Assembly: GCA_044347565.1 (NCBI GenBank)
Contig: JBIKUN010000006.1
Coordinates: 415-64,414, forward strand
Direction of reading: 5' to 3'
Source of the DNA: Vicinamibacterales bacterium
GTDB lineage: Bacteria > Acidobacteriota > Vicinamibacteria > Vicinamibacterales > UBA2999
Length of the DNA: 64,000 nt
In this document: one piece after another, positions 18,601 to 28,167 of the stretch
Layout of the letters: every line of letters starts with the position of its first letter
Numbering within the stretch: the first letter of the stretch is position 1
Notes under the pieces: model-generated
What the model saw: the letters and a program-made list of their open reading frames with translations, nothing else
Databases searched by the model: none
What the model was told of the DNA's origin: nothing
Translations under genes and position numbers: made by a program

Positions 18601-20136
18601 CTAGAGCGCGATGTCGCGGATGTGATCGGCCACCCGCAACGCCTGGGCGATGATCGTGAGCCCGGGGTTGACGGCCGCCGACGACGGGAAGAACGAGGCG
18701 TCGACCACGAACAGGTTCTCGACGTCGTGCGTGCGGCAGAACGGGTCGAGCACCGAAGTGGCCGGGTCGGTGCCGAAGCAGCACGTGCCGCACTGATGCG
18801 TCGTGTTCTTCGCCTTGTGCGAGTGCCGCATCACCTTCCAGAAGCCCAGCCGTTTCAGCAGGCGCGTCGCCTCGTCGACGAGCCGGTCGTGCGCGCGCAG
18901 GTTGTTCGGCGCATAGTCGAGGCGGATGCGGCCATCGGGGGCAATCGTGACGCGGTTCTCCGGATGCGGCAGGTCTTCCGACATCGCCAGCCAGTCGACG
19001 CCGCGCGCCACCCAGGCATCGTAGGCGCGGAGCGGGATACCGGGAACGATCGTGTCGCCCACGGCCTTGGCCATGATGCCGTGCGTGCGCCCCTGCGACT
19101 GCAGATGACCGAGCGGAAACGGCGTGCCGGGCCCCTCGAAGTAGAAGTCGTTGAGGGCCACCGTCTTCTGGAACACGGTGTCGTTCGGGCGGAACGGATG
19201 GAACCCCTGCATCATCGTGGCGAGATGCGCCATGTAGCGGCGGCCCACCATGTCCGACGAGTTGGCGAGCCCGCGCGGATGGCGATCCGTGGCCGACCGC
19301 AGCAGCAGCGCCGCCGAGTTCACCGCGCCGCAGGACACCACGATCGTCGGCGCCTCGGCGCGCACGACCGCGCCCGCGCGCTCGACCTCCACCGCCTCGA
19401 CGCGCGTGCCGGCCGCGTTCGTGCAGAGCCGGCGCGCCAGGGCACTCGTCCACAGCGTGACGTTCGGGAAGGCCGCGGCCGGCGTGACGGCGCACACCTC
19501 CGCATCGCTCTTCGCCCCGAGACGGCACGGGAACGAGTTGCAGGTGTTGCAGAGCACGCAGCCGCCCTCAGTGCCCGGACCGAGCAGGCCGAGCGGCAGA
19601 TGGAACGGCCGCAGCCCCTGCGCCCGCAGGTCGTCCACGATGGCCTGCATCATCGGCGCATGCGGCACCGGCGCATGCGGAAAGGGCCCGCGCGACGGCT
19701 CGGTGGGATCGGTGCCCGCCTGCCCGCGCACCCCGTAGAGCACTTCGGCGCGGTCGTAGTACGGCGCCAGCGTCTCGTAGTCGATGGGCCACGCCGGCGA
19801 CTCGCCGTCCACGTGCCGCAGCACGCCGAAATCCTCGCGGCGCAGCCGGATGAGCACGCTGCCCCAGAACTTGGTATTGCCGCCGACGCAGTAGTGCGTG
19901 TACGGCAGGAACTCGGCGCCCTCCCGATCGACCCACGTCTCGCGCGTGCGGTAGCGCAGGTCGCGCCAGACCGCCGCCGGATCCCAGTTCTCTGCTTCAC
20001 GCGGCACGGCCTCGCCGCGTTCGACGAGCAGGATACGCGCGCCCGTCGGCGCCAGCGCGTGCGCCATCGTGCCGCCGCCGGCGCCGGAGCCCACGATGAT
20101 GACGTCGAACCGTTCCGTGGCGGACACGCGGCTCAC
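18601..20136 (-). CDS. GMC-family FAD oxidoreductase
   Basis: Rossmann motif FDVIIVGSGAGGGTMAHALA. The C-terminal GTCCFG...VVDASFFPSS is typical of GMC enzymes. Start trimmed to GTG 20136, which overlaps the upstream stop (GTGA). Confidence 0.85.
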   Translation of the reverse strand: MSRVSATERFDVIIVGSGAGGGTMAHALAPTGARILLVERGEAVPREAENWDPAAVWRDLRYRTRETWVDREGAEFLPYTHYCVGGNTKFWGSVLIRLRREDFGVLRHVDGESPAWPIDYETLAPYYDRAEVLYGVRGQAGTDPTEPSRGPFPHAPVPHAPMMQAIVDDLRAQGLRPFHLPLGLLGPGTEGGCVLCNTCNSFPCRLGAKSDAEVCAVTPAAAFPNVTLWTSALARRLCTNAAGTRVEAVEVERAGAVVRAEAPTIVVSCGAVNSAALLLRSATDRHPRGLANSSDMVGRRYMAHLATMMQGFHPFRPNDTVFQKTVALNDFYFEGPGTPFPLGHLQSQGRTHGIMAKAVGDTIVPGIPLRAYDAWVARGVDWLAMSEDLPHPENRVTIAPDGRIRLDYAPNNLRAHDRLVDEATRLLKRLGFWKVMRHSHKAKNTTHQCGTCCFGTDPATSVLDPFCRTHDVENLFVVDASFFPSSAAVNPGLTIIAQALRVADHIRDIAL

Positions 20137-21134
20137 CGGGGCACGGCCGCGCCGCCGTCGGCGGTGGCGTAGATCTGGTCCATGAGGACCTGGTCCTCGA
20201 TCGCCCGCTCGAGGCACATCTCGGGGGGGCGTCCGCCGCGGATGGCGCCGGCAAAATCGCGGTACATCGCCTGGTAGCCGCGGATGTCGCGGAAGCCCGG
20301 CACGAGGAGCCGCGGCACGGCGCCGCCGCGGGCGATGACGAAGACGCCATTCGACTCGAACGAGATGACGCCGCGCCGGCCGAAGAGCTTCGACATGCGC
20401 AGGCCCTGGAAGAACGACGGGATTTCGCGCGAGTAATAGAGCGCGCCGACGGCCTGGTTGTCGTACTCGAGCGCCACCATCATGCTCTTGGCTCGGCGGT
20501 CTGGCCCTTCGCGCGACACCGACGGCCGGTAGCCGCGCGCGGCGACGATGCGCGGCCCGAGGCAGCCGGCGATGTGCAGCCAGTGGATGCCCTCCTCGAA
20601 GAAGGCATCGCCGCCAGCCATCGACTCGTCGTTGCGCCAGTCGTCTGCGGCCTTCAGGCGGTGCGCGATGGTGGTGAAGTGCGCGAACACCATCTCGCCG
20701 ATGACGTCATCGGCGAGCAGCCGCTGCAGCGTGCGCACGAGCGGCTTGTAGTGGTCGTTCTCTCCCACCAGGACGATCCGCCCGGCGGCGTCGCGGGCCG
20801 CCCGCACCGCCTCGTAGTCGGCCATCGCCGGGAAGGCCGGCTTCTCGACGAGCACGTGTTTGCCGGCGGCGAGCGCCGCGAGGGTCAGGTCGCGGTGGAA
20901 CCGCGGCGGCACGGCGACGACGACCGCGTCCACCGACGGGTCGGCGATGGCGGCCTCGTAGCTGCCGAAGGCGGCGCGGCCGCGGAACTCGGCGCGGAAG
21001 GCCTCGGCCCTGGCGGCGTCGCGGCTGGCGTAGCTCGCCACCACGTCTCCCCCGAGCGCGCGCAGGTGACTGCTGTGGACGCGGGTGATGAAGCCACAGC
21101 CGAGGTAGGCGAGATGAAAGGGAGCGGAGGACAC
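20133..21134 (-). CDS. Gfo/Idh/MocA-family NAD(P) oxidoreductase
   Basis: Only the last 333 codons of listed ORF 20133..22565 look real. GTG 21134 gives VSSAPFHLAYLGCGFITRVHSSHL..., with VLVEKP and the typical dimerisation half. Confidence 0.8.
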   Translation of the reverse strand: MSSAPFHLAYLGCGFITRVHSSHLRALGGDVVASYASRDAARAEAFRAEFRGRAAFGSYEAAIADPSVDAVVVAVPPRFHRDLTLAALAAGKHVLVEKPAFPAMADYEAVRAARDAAGRIVLVGENDHYKPLVRTLQRLLADDVIGEMVFAHFTTIAHRLKAADDWRNDESMAGGDAFFEEGIHWLHIAGCLGPRIVAARGYRPSVSREGPDRRAKSMMVALEYDNQAVGALYYSREIPSFFQGLRMSKLFGRRGVISFESNGVFVIARGGAVPRLLVPGFRDIRGYQAMYRDFAGAIRGGRPPEMCLERAIEDQVLMDQIYATADGGAAVPR

Positions 21135-21215
21135 GCGTGACTCGCCCGGCGCGGGCGCTGTCGGAAGTGTATACCGCCCGGCGCACCGCCGCCGCGCTAC
21201 ACTCTGAATCGACTC

Positions 21216-22673
21216 ATGTATACGCTCCGGCGCCGCGCCTTGGCCGTTGTCGTCCTGGTGGCCATGACCCTTCCCGCCGTCGCCGTCCCCGCGGGGGCCG
21301 GGACTCCCGGCCAGGCCGTGCCGCGGGGCGCCTACGAACCCAGCGTCGTCGTGCGCTGGAATGCCTCGCTCGTCGAGGCCGTGCGGCGCACGGGCTTCCG
21401 CCCGATGTGGACCGCGCGCGCCCTGGCCATCGTGCACACGGCGATGTACGACGCGTGGGCGGCCTACGACCCGGTCGCGGTGGGGGTGTACTGGGACGGC
21501 GACCTGCGCCGCCCGTACTCGGAGCGCGACGAGGCGCACGTACGCGATGCGGTGAGTCTCGCGGCCTACCGCGCGCTCGTCGACCTCTTCCCATCGCAGA
21601 CGTCCACGCTCTTCGACCCGCTGCTGCGCGAGCTCGGACTGGCCACGGCGGCCACGAGCGATCCCACGACGCCGGCCGGCCTCGGCAGCCGCTGCGCCGC
21701 CCTCGTCATCGCCAGCCGCCACGGCGACGGCGCCAACCAGCTCGGCCTCGCCGGGGCCGGTCCCTATGCCGACTACACCGGCTATGCGCCGGTGAACACG
21801 CCCGAGCTGCTGCGCGATCCCAACCGCTGGCAGCCGCTGCGCGCCGCCGACGGCACGGCGCAGGCCTTCATCGCGCCGCAGTGGCGCCTCGTGACGCCCT
21901 TCGCCCTCACCTCGCCGTCGCAGTTCCGCCCCGGTCCGCCGCCGCTCTACCCCGACCCGCGGTACGCGACGGAAGCCGACGCCGTGCGGCAGCTGAGCGC
22001 GGATCTCACCGATCGCGAGAAGGTCATCGCCGAGTACTGGGCCGATGGCCCGAACACCGAGACGCCGCCTGGCCACTGGGCCGTGCTCGCGTGGTGGGTG
22101 TCGGCGCGCGACCGCCACACCCTCGGCCAGGACGTCGTGATGTACTTCGCGCTCGGCAACGCGCTGCTCGACGCCAGCATCGCCGTATGGGACGCGAAGA
22201 TCGCCTACGACTACGTGCGGCCGATCTCGGCCATCCGCTTCCTCGGCGCCGGCAGGACCATCGCCGCCTGGGGTGGCCCCGGGCTCGGCACGCGCCTCAT
22301 CCCCGGCGACGCCTTCCGCCCCTACATCGCCACGCCGGCCTTTGCGGAGTACACGTCGGGCCACAGCGGCTTCAGCGCGGCGGCGGCCGCGGTGCTCACC
22401 GCCTACACGCGCAGCCCGCTCTTCGGTGCCTCGCACACCTTCAGGGCCGGCACCTCGACGATCGAGCCTGGTCTGACGCCCGCCACCGACATCACGCTGC
22501 GCTGGCCCACCTTCGACGAGGCCGCCGACGAAGCCGGCATCAGCCGCCGATACGGTGGCATCCATTTCGAGAGCGGCGACCTGGCCTCGCGCGCCATGGG
22601 CAAGGCGATCGGCCTTCAGACCTGGCAGAAGGTGCAGCAGCTGGTCGGCGGCGCCGTGAGACGGAGACCGTAG
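21216..22673 (+). CDS. Secreted vanadium-haloperoxidase / PAP2 acid-phosphatase-superfamily protein
   Basis: Signal peptide MYTLRRRALAVVVLVAMTLPAVA. Motifs KIAYDYVRP, AEYTSGHSG and SRRYGGIHFESGD match the K-x6-RP / SGH / SR-x5-H-x3-D pattern shared by both families. Confidence 0.75.
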   Translation: MYTLRRRALAVVVLVAMTLPAVAVPAGAGTPGQAVPRGAYEPSVVVRWNASLVEAVRRTGFRPMWTARALAIVHTAMYDAWAAYDPVAVGVYWDGDLRRPYSERDEAHVRDAVSLAAYRALVDLFPSQTSTLFDPLLRELGLATAATSDPTTPAGLGSRCAALVIASRHGDGANQLGLAGAGPYADYTGYAPVNTPELLRDPNRWQPLRAADGTAQAFIAPQWRLVTPFALTSPSQFRPGPPPLYPDPRYATEADAVRQLSADLTDREKVIAEYWADGPNTETPPGHWAVLAWWVSARDRHTLGQDVVMYFALGNALLDASIAVWDAKIAYDYVRPISAIRFLGAGRTIAAWGGPGLGTRLIPGDAFRPYIATPAFAEYTSGHSGFSAAAAAVLTAYTRSPLFGASHTFRAGTSTIEPGLTPATDITLRWPTFDEAADEAGISRRYGGIHFESGDLASRAMGKAIGLQTWQKVQQLVGGAVRRRP

Positions 22674-22702
22674 GGTAATATCCCCTGCCGGAGGGCTCCA
22701 GC

Positions 22703-23596
22703 ATGGCGCGCAAGACCGCAGCGGATTTCGACCCCGAAGTGCTCATCCTCTTCGATGCCTACGTGCATGGCGCGCTCGATCGGCGCGGGTTCCTCGACAA
22801 GGCCGCGAAGTACGCCGTGGGCGGCATGACGGCCTCGATGCTGCTCGACGACCTGAGCCCGAAGTTCGCGGAAGCGCAGCAGGTGGCCAAGGACGACGCC
22901 CGCCTCAAGGCCGAATACGTCGAGTACGCCTCGCCGCAGGGCTACGGGAAGATGAAGGGCTACCTCGTGCGCCCGGCGAAGGCTGCCGGACGCCTCCCGG
23001 GCGTGCTCGTCATCCACGAGAACCGCGGTCTCAACCCGCACATCGAAGATATCGCCCGCCGCGTCGCGCTCGACGGCTACGTCGCCTTCGCGCCGGATGC
23101 GCTCACGCCGCTCGGCGGCTACCCCGCGGCCGGTGAAGACGAAGCGCGCACGCTCTTCGGGACACTCGAACAGCCGAAGACGCGCGAAGACATGGTGGCC
23201 GCAGCGGGCTTCCTGCGCACGCACGCCGAGTGCAACGGGAAGATCGGCGCGGTCGGCTTCTGCTACGGCGGCGGCGTCTGCAACGTCCTCGCGACCCGCG
23301 TGCCGGACCTGCTCGCCTCGGTGCCCTTCTACGGCGGTCCGGCGGCGGCCGAGGACGTGCCGAAGATCAAGGCGCAGCTCCTCATCCACTACGCCGGCAC
23401 CGATGAGCGCATCAACGCGGCGTGGCCGGCCTACGAAACGGCGCTCAAGGCGGCCGGCGTGAGGTACACGATGCACATGTACGCCGGCACGCAGCACGGC
23501 TTCAACAACGACACGACACCGCGCTTCGACAAGGCCGCGGCGGCCGAGGCATGGAAGCGCACGATGGACTTCTTCGCCGCGACGCTGCGCAAGTAG
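22703..23596 (+). CDS. Dienelactone hydrolase family protein with Tat-like leader
   Basis: RRGFLDKAAKYAVGG Tat-like motif. DLH core GVLVIHENRGLNPHIEDIARRVALDGYVAFAPD, GFCYGG nucleophile elbow and C-terminal GTQHGF. Confidence 0.85.
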   Translation: MARKTAADFDPEVLILFDAYVHGALDRRGFLDKAAKYAVGGMTASMLLDDLSPKFAEAQQVAKDDARLKAEYVEYASPQGYGKMKGYLVRPAKAAGRLPGVLVIHENRGLNPHIEDIARRVALDGYVAFAPDALTPLGGYPAAGEDEARTLFGTLEQPKTREDMVAAAGFLRTHAECNGKIGAVGFCYGGGVCNVLATRVPDLLASVPFYGGPAAAEDVPKIKAQLLIHYAGTDERINAAWPAYETALKAAGVRYTMHMYAGTQHGFNNDTTPRFDKAAAAEAWKRTMDFFAATLRK

Positions 23597-23597
23597 C

Positions 23598-25232
23598 GTG
23601 AGCCGGTTCGCAGTGCCGCATCGCGGCCGGCGCCTCGCCTGTGCCGCGCTGGCGGGCGCGCTGGCCGCCGGCGGCATCCGCGCCGGCGCCCAGTTCGATC
23701 CCGCGCGCGTCACGCCGGAGCCACCGGCCGTGGCCGCGCGGTTTCCCGAGCCATCCGTGGCCTATCCCACGCCGGCCTTCGCGGCGGGCCGCACCACCCT
23801 GCCCTCGCACGACGAGGCCGAGGCATTCGTCACCGCCGTCGCCGCGCGCGCGCCGCAGACGGTCACCGTCGAACACGTCGGCACGTCGCAGCAGGGCCGG
23901 GCGATGCTCCTCGTGACGCTCGCCGCGCCTGGCGGTCCCTCGGCCGCGCGGCCGAGCGTGCTGGTGCTGGCGCAGCAGCATGGCAACGAACCAGCCGGCG
24001 GCGAAGCGGCCCTCGCCCTCGTCGATCGCCTGGCCGGCGACGGCTCGGGCCTGCTCGACCGCGTCAACGTCTATGTGATGCCGCGCGCCAATCCCGATGC
24101 CGCCGAACGGTTCGTGCGCGCGACCGCCAGCGGCGCTGACGTCAATCGGGACCACCTCCTGCTGCAGACGCCGGAGGCGCGCGCCATCGCCGCCGTGAGC
24201 CGGCGGGTGCGTCCGGACGTCGTGCTCGACCTGCACGAGTTCACGGCCGGTGACCGCTGGGTGAAGAAGTACGGTGTCGTGCAGCACTACGACGCGCTCC
24301 TCCAGCCGGCCACGGTCGGCAACCTCGAGCCGTCGATCGCGCGTGAAGCGGCGCGCCATTTCCTGGCACCCGTGCGGCAGCGGCTCACGGCCGAGGGGCT
24401 GCGCGTCTTTACGTACCACACGACATCGCCCGATCCGGCCGACCGCGTGGTCTCCGCCGGCGGCGTGCAACCCGACACCGGCCGGAACGTCAATGGCCTG
24501 CGACAGGCAGTGTCGCTGCTCATCGAGACCCGCGGCGTCGGTGTCGGCCGCGCGCATCTCGCGCGCCGCGTGCATACACACGTCACGGCGGCACTGACCG
24601 TGGTGCGGCAGGCCGCCGCGCGCGGGCCGCGGCTGGTCGCCGTCACCCGCGCCGCCGACGCGGCCGTGGCCGCCGGCGCCTGCGCGGGCATGCTGACGAT
24701 CGCCGCCGAACATACACCGGTGCGGATGCCGATGACCTTCCTCGACGCCGTGAGCGGCGCGGAACGGCGGATCGTCGTGCCGTGGCGGTCCGCGGATACG
24801 CTGCGCATCGTGCGGGCGCGGCCGCGCCCCTGCGGCTACCTGATCGACGCCGGCGAAACGGCTGCGGTCGAGCGCTTGCGCCTGCTCGGCGTGCAGGTCA
24901 CGCCCACCGCCGTCGAGCGCCGCTGGGTTGTGGAGACCTACCGCATCGTGGCGCAGTCTGCCGGCGCGCGGCAGGACGCCCGCGGCGCGATTGACGACGG
25001 CGCGCCGATCGCGGTCCTCTCGGTGCGGCGCCTGCGCCGTCAGGACTCGGTGGCGCCCGGCACGTGGTTCGTCGATCTCGCGCAGCCGCTCGGCACGCTC
25101 ACCGCCGCCGCGCTCGAGCCGGATTCGCAGAACAGCTTCGCCGCCAGCGGGCTCCTCGCCGCCCCCGACCGCACGCTGCGCCGGGTGATGGCGGCGCCGC
25201 CGGCCGGCGCGTTCGGGACCACCGCACAATGA
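23598..25232 (+). CDS. Secreted M14-family zinc carboxypeptidase-like protein
   Basis: Zn ligands in QQHGNEPAGGEA (HxxE) and DLHEF, plus VNRDH substrate-binding motif. Signal-like N-terminus. Confidence 0.8.
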   Translation: MSRFAVPHRGRRLACAALAGALAAGGIRAGAQFDPARVTPEPPAVAARFPEPSVAYPTPAFAAGRTTLPSHDEAEAFVTAVAARAPQTVTVEHVGTSQQGRAMLLVTLAAPGGPSAARPSVLVLAQQHGNEPAGGEAALALVDRLAGDGSGLLDRVNVYVMPRANPDAAERFVRATASGADVNRDHLLLQTPEARAIAAVSRRVRPDVVLDLHEFTAGDRWVKKYGVVQHYDALLQPATVGNLEPSIAREAARHFLAPVRQRLTAEGLRVFTYHTTSPDPADRVVSAGGVQPDTGRNVNGLRQAVSLLIETRGVGVGRAHLARRVHTHVTAALTVVRQAAARGPRLVAVTRAADAAVAAGACAGMLTIAAEHTPVRMPMTFLDAVSGAERRIVVPWRSADTLRIVRARPRPCGYLIDAGETAAVERLRLLGVQVTPTAVERRWVVETYRIVAQSAGARQDARGAIDDGAPIAVLSVRRLRRQDSVAPGTWFVDLAQPLGTLTAAALEPDSQNSFAASGLLAAPDRTLRRVMAAPPAGAFGTTAQ

Positions 25233-25948
25233 CGCCTCGCACCAACGCCCTTGGCCAGCCGATCGGCGACCCACTGGATGGCTGGCAGGCGCCGCCGCGG
25301 CCCACGGTGCTCGCGCTCGACGGCACGTGGGCACGTCTCGAACGCCTCGATCCCGACCGTCACGCGCGGGCGCTGCACGACGCCAGTGCCCTCGACACCG
25401 AGGGCCGCAACTGGACCTACCTCCCCGTCGGCCCGTTCGCCACCTTCGACGACTACGACCGCTGGCTGCGCGCCGTGGCCGTGGCCGCCGATCCGTACTT
25501 CTTCGCCGTGCTCGATCGCGCCACCGGGCAGCCGGTGGGTGTGGCCAGCTACCTGCGCATCGACCCGGCGGCCGGCGCCATCGAAGTGGGCCACATCAAC
25601 TTCTCGCCGCGGGCGCAGCGTACGTCGGTCGCGACCGAGGCGATGTTCCTGATGATGCGGCACGCCTTCGCGCTCGGCTACCGCCGCTACGAGTGGAAGT
25701 GCGACGCGCTCAACGCGCCATCGCGTGTCGCCGCCGAGCGCCTGGGCTTCACCTACGAAGGCCTGTTCCGCCAGGCCACCATCTACAAGGGGCGCAGCCG
25801 TGACACGGCCTGGTATTCGATCCTCGATCGCGAGTTCCCGGCGCTCGAACGCGCCTATCTCGCCTGGCTCGCCGCCGCCAACCGCACCGCCGACGGCCGC
25901 CAGCTGCGGCGCCTGGCCGATCTCATCGCCGAGGCGCGCCGTGCGTAA
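25229..25948 (+). CDS. GNAT N-acetyltransferase (RimJ/RimL-like)
   Basis: ATG 25229 overlaps the M14 stop (ATGA). MTPRTNALGQPIG... with the GNAT core TEAMFLMMRHAFALGYRRYEWKCDALNAPSRVAAERLGFTYEG. Confidence 0.85.
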   Translation: MTPRTNALGQPIGDPLDGWQAPPRPTVLALDGTWARLERLDPDRHARALHDASALDTEGRNWTYLPVGPFATFDDYDRWLRAVAVAADPYFFAVLDRATGQPVGVASYLRIDPAAGAIEVGHINFSPRAQRTSVATEAMFLMMRHAFALGYRRYEWKCDALNAPSRVAAERLGFTYEGLFRQATIYKGRSRDTAWYSILDREFPALERAYLAWLAAANRTADGRQLRRLADLIAEARRA

Positions 25949-28157
25949 TCTGCTGACCGCGCTCGCGTTCGCCGCCCTGGCCGCCGCGCCACTGCCGGTG
26001 CGCGCGCAGACGGCCTCGCAGACCGCGCCGCCGGCCGCCGACATCCTCTCGTCGGGCCGGCGCACGATGACCGCCGAGCGCCTGCGCGATGGCGAACACA
26101 TCGTGCTCGATGGCGTGCTCGACGAACCGGTGTGGGGCCGGGCGCAGCACGGCGGCGAGTTCATCATGCAGGACCCGGTGCTCGGCGGCACCCCCACCGA
26201 ACGCACCGAGATCCGCATCGCCTTCAACCGCGACCATCTCTACATCGGCGCCACGCTCTTCGATTCAGAGCCCGACAAGCTCAAGGGCAACACGCGCAAG
26301 CGCGACGAGTTCCTGAGCGCCGACGACCGGTTCATGTGGACGATGGACACGTTCCTGAACCAGCAGACCGGCTACTTCTTCGAGATGAACCCGGCCGGCC
26401 TCATGGCCGATGCACTCATGGGGCCCGGCGGCTCGAACGCCCGCGAGTGGGACGGCATCTGGAACGCCCGGGTCAAGCAGAGTGAGATCGGATGGGTCGT
26501 CGAGATCGACATCCCGTTCATCACCCTCGCCTTCGATCCGAATGCCCCGGCGTGGGGCATCAACTTCCAGCGCACCGTGCGCCGCAAGAACGAAGAACTG
26601 CTGTGGACGGGACATCAGCGCAACCAGGGGCTGCGCCGCATGGCGACCGCCGGCCTCCTGCTCGGCCTGAAGGACATCGCGCAGGGCCGCGGCTGGGAGC
26701 TCAAGCCGTACGCGGCCGGCTACCTGGCCGACGCGCCCGGGCGCACGCCCGCCGTCGCCCGCAACGGCTCGGCCAACATCGGCGGCGACGTGACCTACAA
26801 CTTCACCCCCAGCCTGCGCGGCGTGGCTTCGGTCAACACCGACTTCGCCGAAACCGAGGTGGACCAGCGCCTCGTGAATCTCACGCGGTTCCCGCTGTTC
26901 CTGCCGGAGCGCCGGACGTTCTTCCTCGACGGCGCCACCTTCTTCGACTTCGCCAATCGCGCCTTCTTCTCGCGCCGGATCGGACTCGACGCCCGCGGTC
27001 AGCCGCAGCGCGTCGACATCGGCACCAAGGTCACCGGCCAGGCCGGACAGCAGGATATCGGCGCGTTGTACGTGCGCACCGGCGAAGACGAGGGGGCGCT
27101 CCCCGAAGACTTCCTGGTGCTGCGCACGCGGCGCCGGATCCTGCAGCAGTCCTACGTCGGCGGCATCTATACCGGGCGGGCGACGCGCGGGCAGACCGCG
27201 TTGCCCACACGGCACACGCTCGGCCTCGATGCCCGGCTGGCGACTCGCAACTTCCGCGGCAGCAAGAACCTCGAAGCCTCGGGGTACCTGCTCTACGCGA
27301 CCAACCCGGCCGACACCGGCCAGAACATGTCGTTCGGCGGCTTCCTGTTCTACCCGAACGACATCTGGGAAGCCGGCGCCGGCTTCAACGTGATCGAGAA
27401 GCGCTTCGATCCGGCCATCGGCTTCACGCCGCGCCGCGGGCAGCGCCAGGCCTTCCCGTTCGGCTACTACATGCCGCGCCCGTTCAAGCACCGCTACATC
27501 CGCCGCTACGGCTGGGGGTTCAGCACCGATCTCATCACCGACATGAAGAACGACTGGGTGACGCGCGAGATCAACGTGCGGCTCGGGCGCATCGAGTTCC
27601 ACTCCGGCGACAACATCGAAGTGAACGTCGCCCCGTCCTACGAACGGCTGCAGGATCCGTTCGCGATCAGCGCCGGCATCACCCTGCCGGCCGGCCAGGA
27701 GTATCACTTCACACGCTATACGGTGCAGGCCAACACGGCCAACCAGCGCCTCGTCGCCGTGCGTCCGCGCCTCGAATGGGGCGGCTTTCTCTCGGGTACG
27801 CGCCGCGAGATGGCGTTCGATGTCGGCATTCGCCCGCGCCCGGGCGTCACCATCAACCTGGCCAACGAGTGGAACCGTGTCGCGCTCGCCGAGGGCACCT
27901 TCAACACGCGGGTCCACCGGGCCATCATCGACACGCAGTTCAGCCCGTTCATGTTCCTCGTCAACAACATCCAGTACGACTCGGTGAGCCGCGTGCTCGG
28001 CTGGCAGTCGCGCTTCCGCTGGATCGTCGTGCCGGGCAACGACGTGTTCGTCGTCTACACCCACAACTGGATCGAAGACCGCTTCGCCGCCAACCAGCGC
28101 TTCCGCACGCTCGACCGCCGCGGCGCTGCGAAGGTCGTCTACACCCGGCGCTTCTGA
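25941..28157 (+). CDS. DUF5916 / CBM9-like domain outer-membrane-type protein (paralogue 1)
   Basis: GTG 25941 overlaps the GNAT stop by 8 nt. Signal peptide VRNLLTALAFAALAAAPLPVRAQ. The N-terminal CBM9-like segment IVLDGVLDEPVWGRAQHGGEFIMQDP is followed by a long beta-rich region. Confidence 0.8.
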   Translation: MRNLLTALAFAALAAAPLPVRAQTASQTAPPAADILSSGRRTMTAERLRDGEHIVLDGVLDEPVWGRAQHGGEFIMQDPVLGGTPTERTEIRIAFNRDHLYIGATLFDSEPDKLKGNTRKRDEFLSADDRFMWTMDTFLNQQTGYFFEMNPAGLMADALMGPGGSNAREWDGIWNARVKQSEIGWVVEIDIPFITLAFDPNAPAWGINFQRTVRRKNEELLWTGHQRNQGLRRMATAGLLLGLKDIAQGRGWELKPYAAGYLADAPGRTPAVARNGSANIGGDVTYNFTPSLRGVASVNTDFAETEVDQRLVNLTRFPLFLPERRTFFLDGATFFDFANRAFFSRRIGLDARGQPQRVDIGTKVTGQAGQQDIGALYVRTGEDEGALPEDFLVLRTRRRILQQSYVGGIYTGRATRGQTALPTRHTLGLDARLATRNFRGSKNLEASGYLLYATNPADTGQNMSFGGFLFYPNDIWEAGAGFNVIEKRFDPAIGFTPRRGQRQAFPFGYYMPRPFKHRYIRRYGWGFSTDLITDMKNDWVTREINVRLGRIEFHSGDNIEVNVAPSYERLQDPFAISAGITLPAGQEYHFTRYTVQANTANQRLVAVRPRLEWGGFLSGTRREMAFDVGIRPRPGVTINLANEWNRVALAEGTFNTRVHRAIIDTQFSPFMFLVNNIQYDSVSRVLGWQSRFRWIVVPGNDVFVVYTHNWIEDRFAANQRFRTLDRRGAAKVVYTRRF

Positions 28158-28167
28158 CGGCCGCCGC

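Noticed and set aside
21135-22565. N-terminal 477 codons of listed ORF 20133..22565 (810 aa)
   Set aside because: Only the last 333 codons (from GTG 21134) match the Gfo/Idh/MocA family. The upstream part is antisense to the well-supported haloperoxidase/PAP2-like gene and has a shadow-ORF composition.
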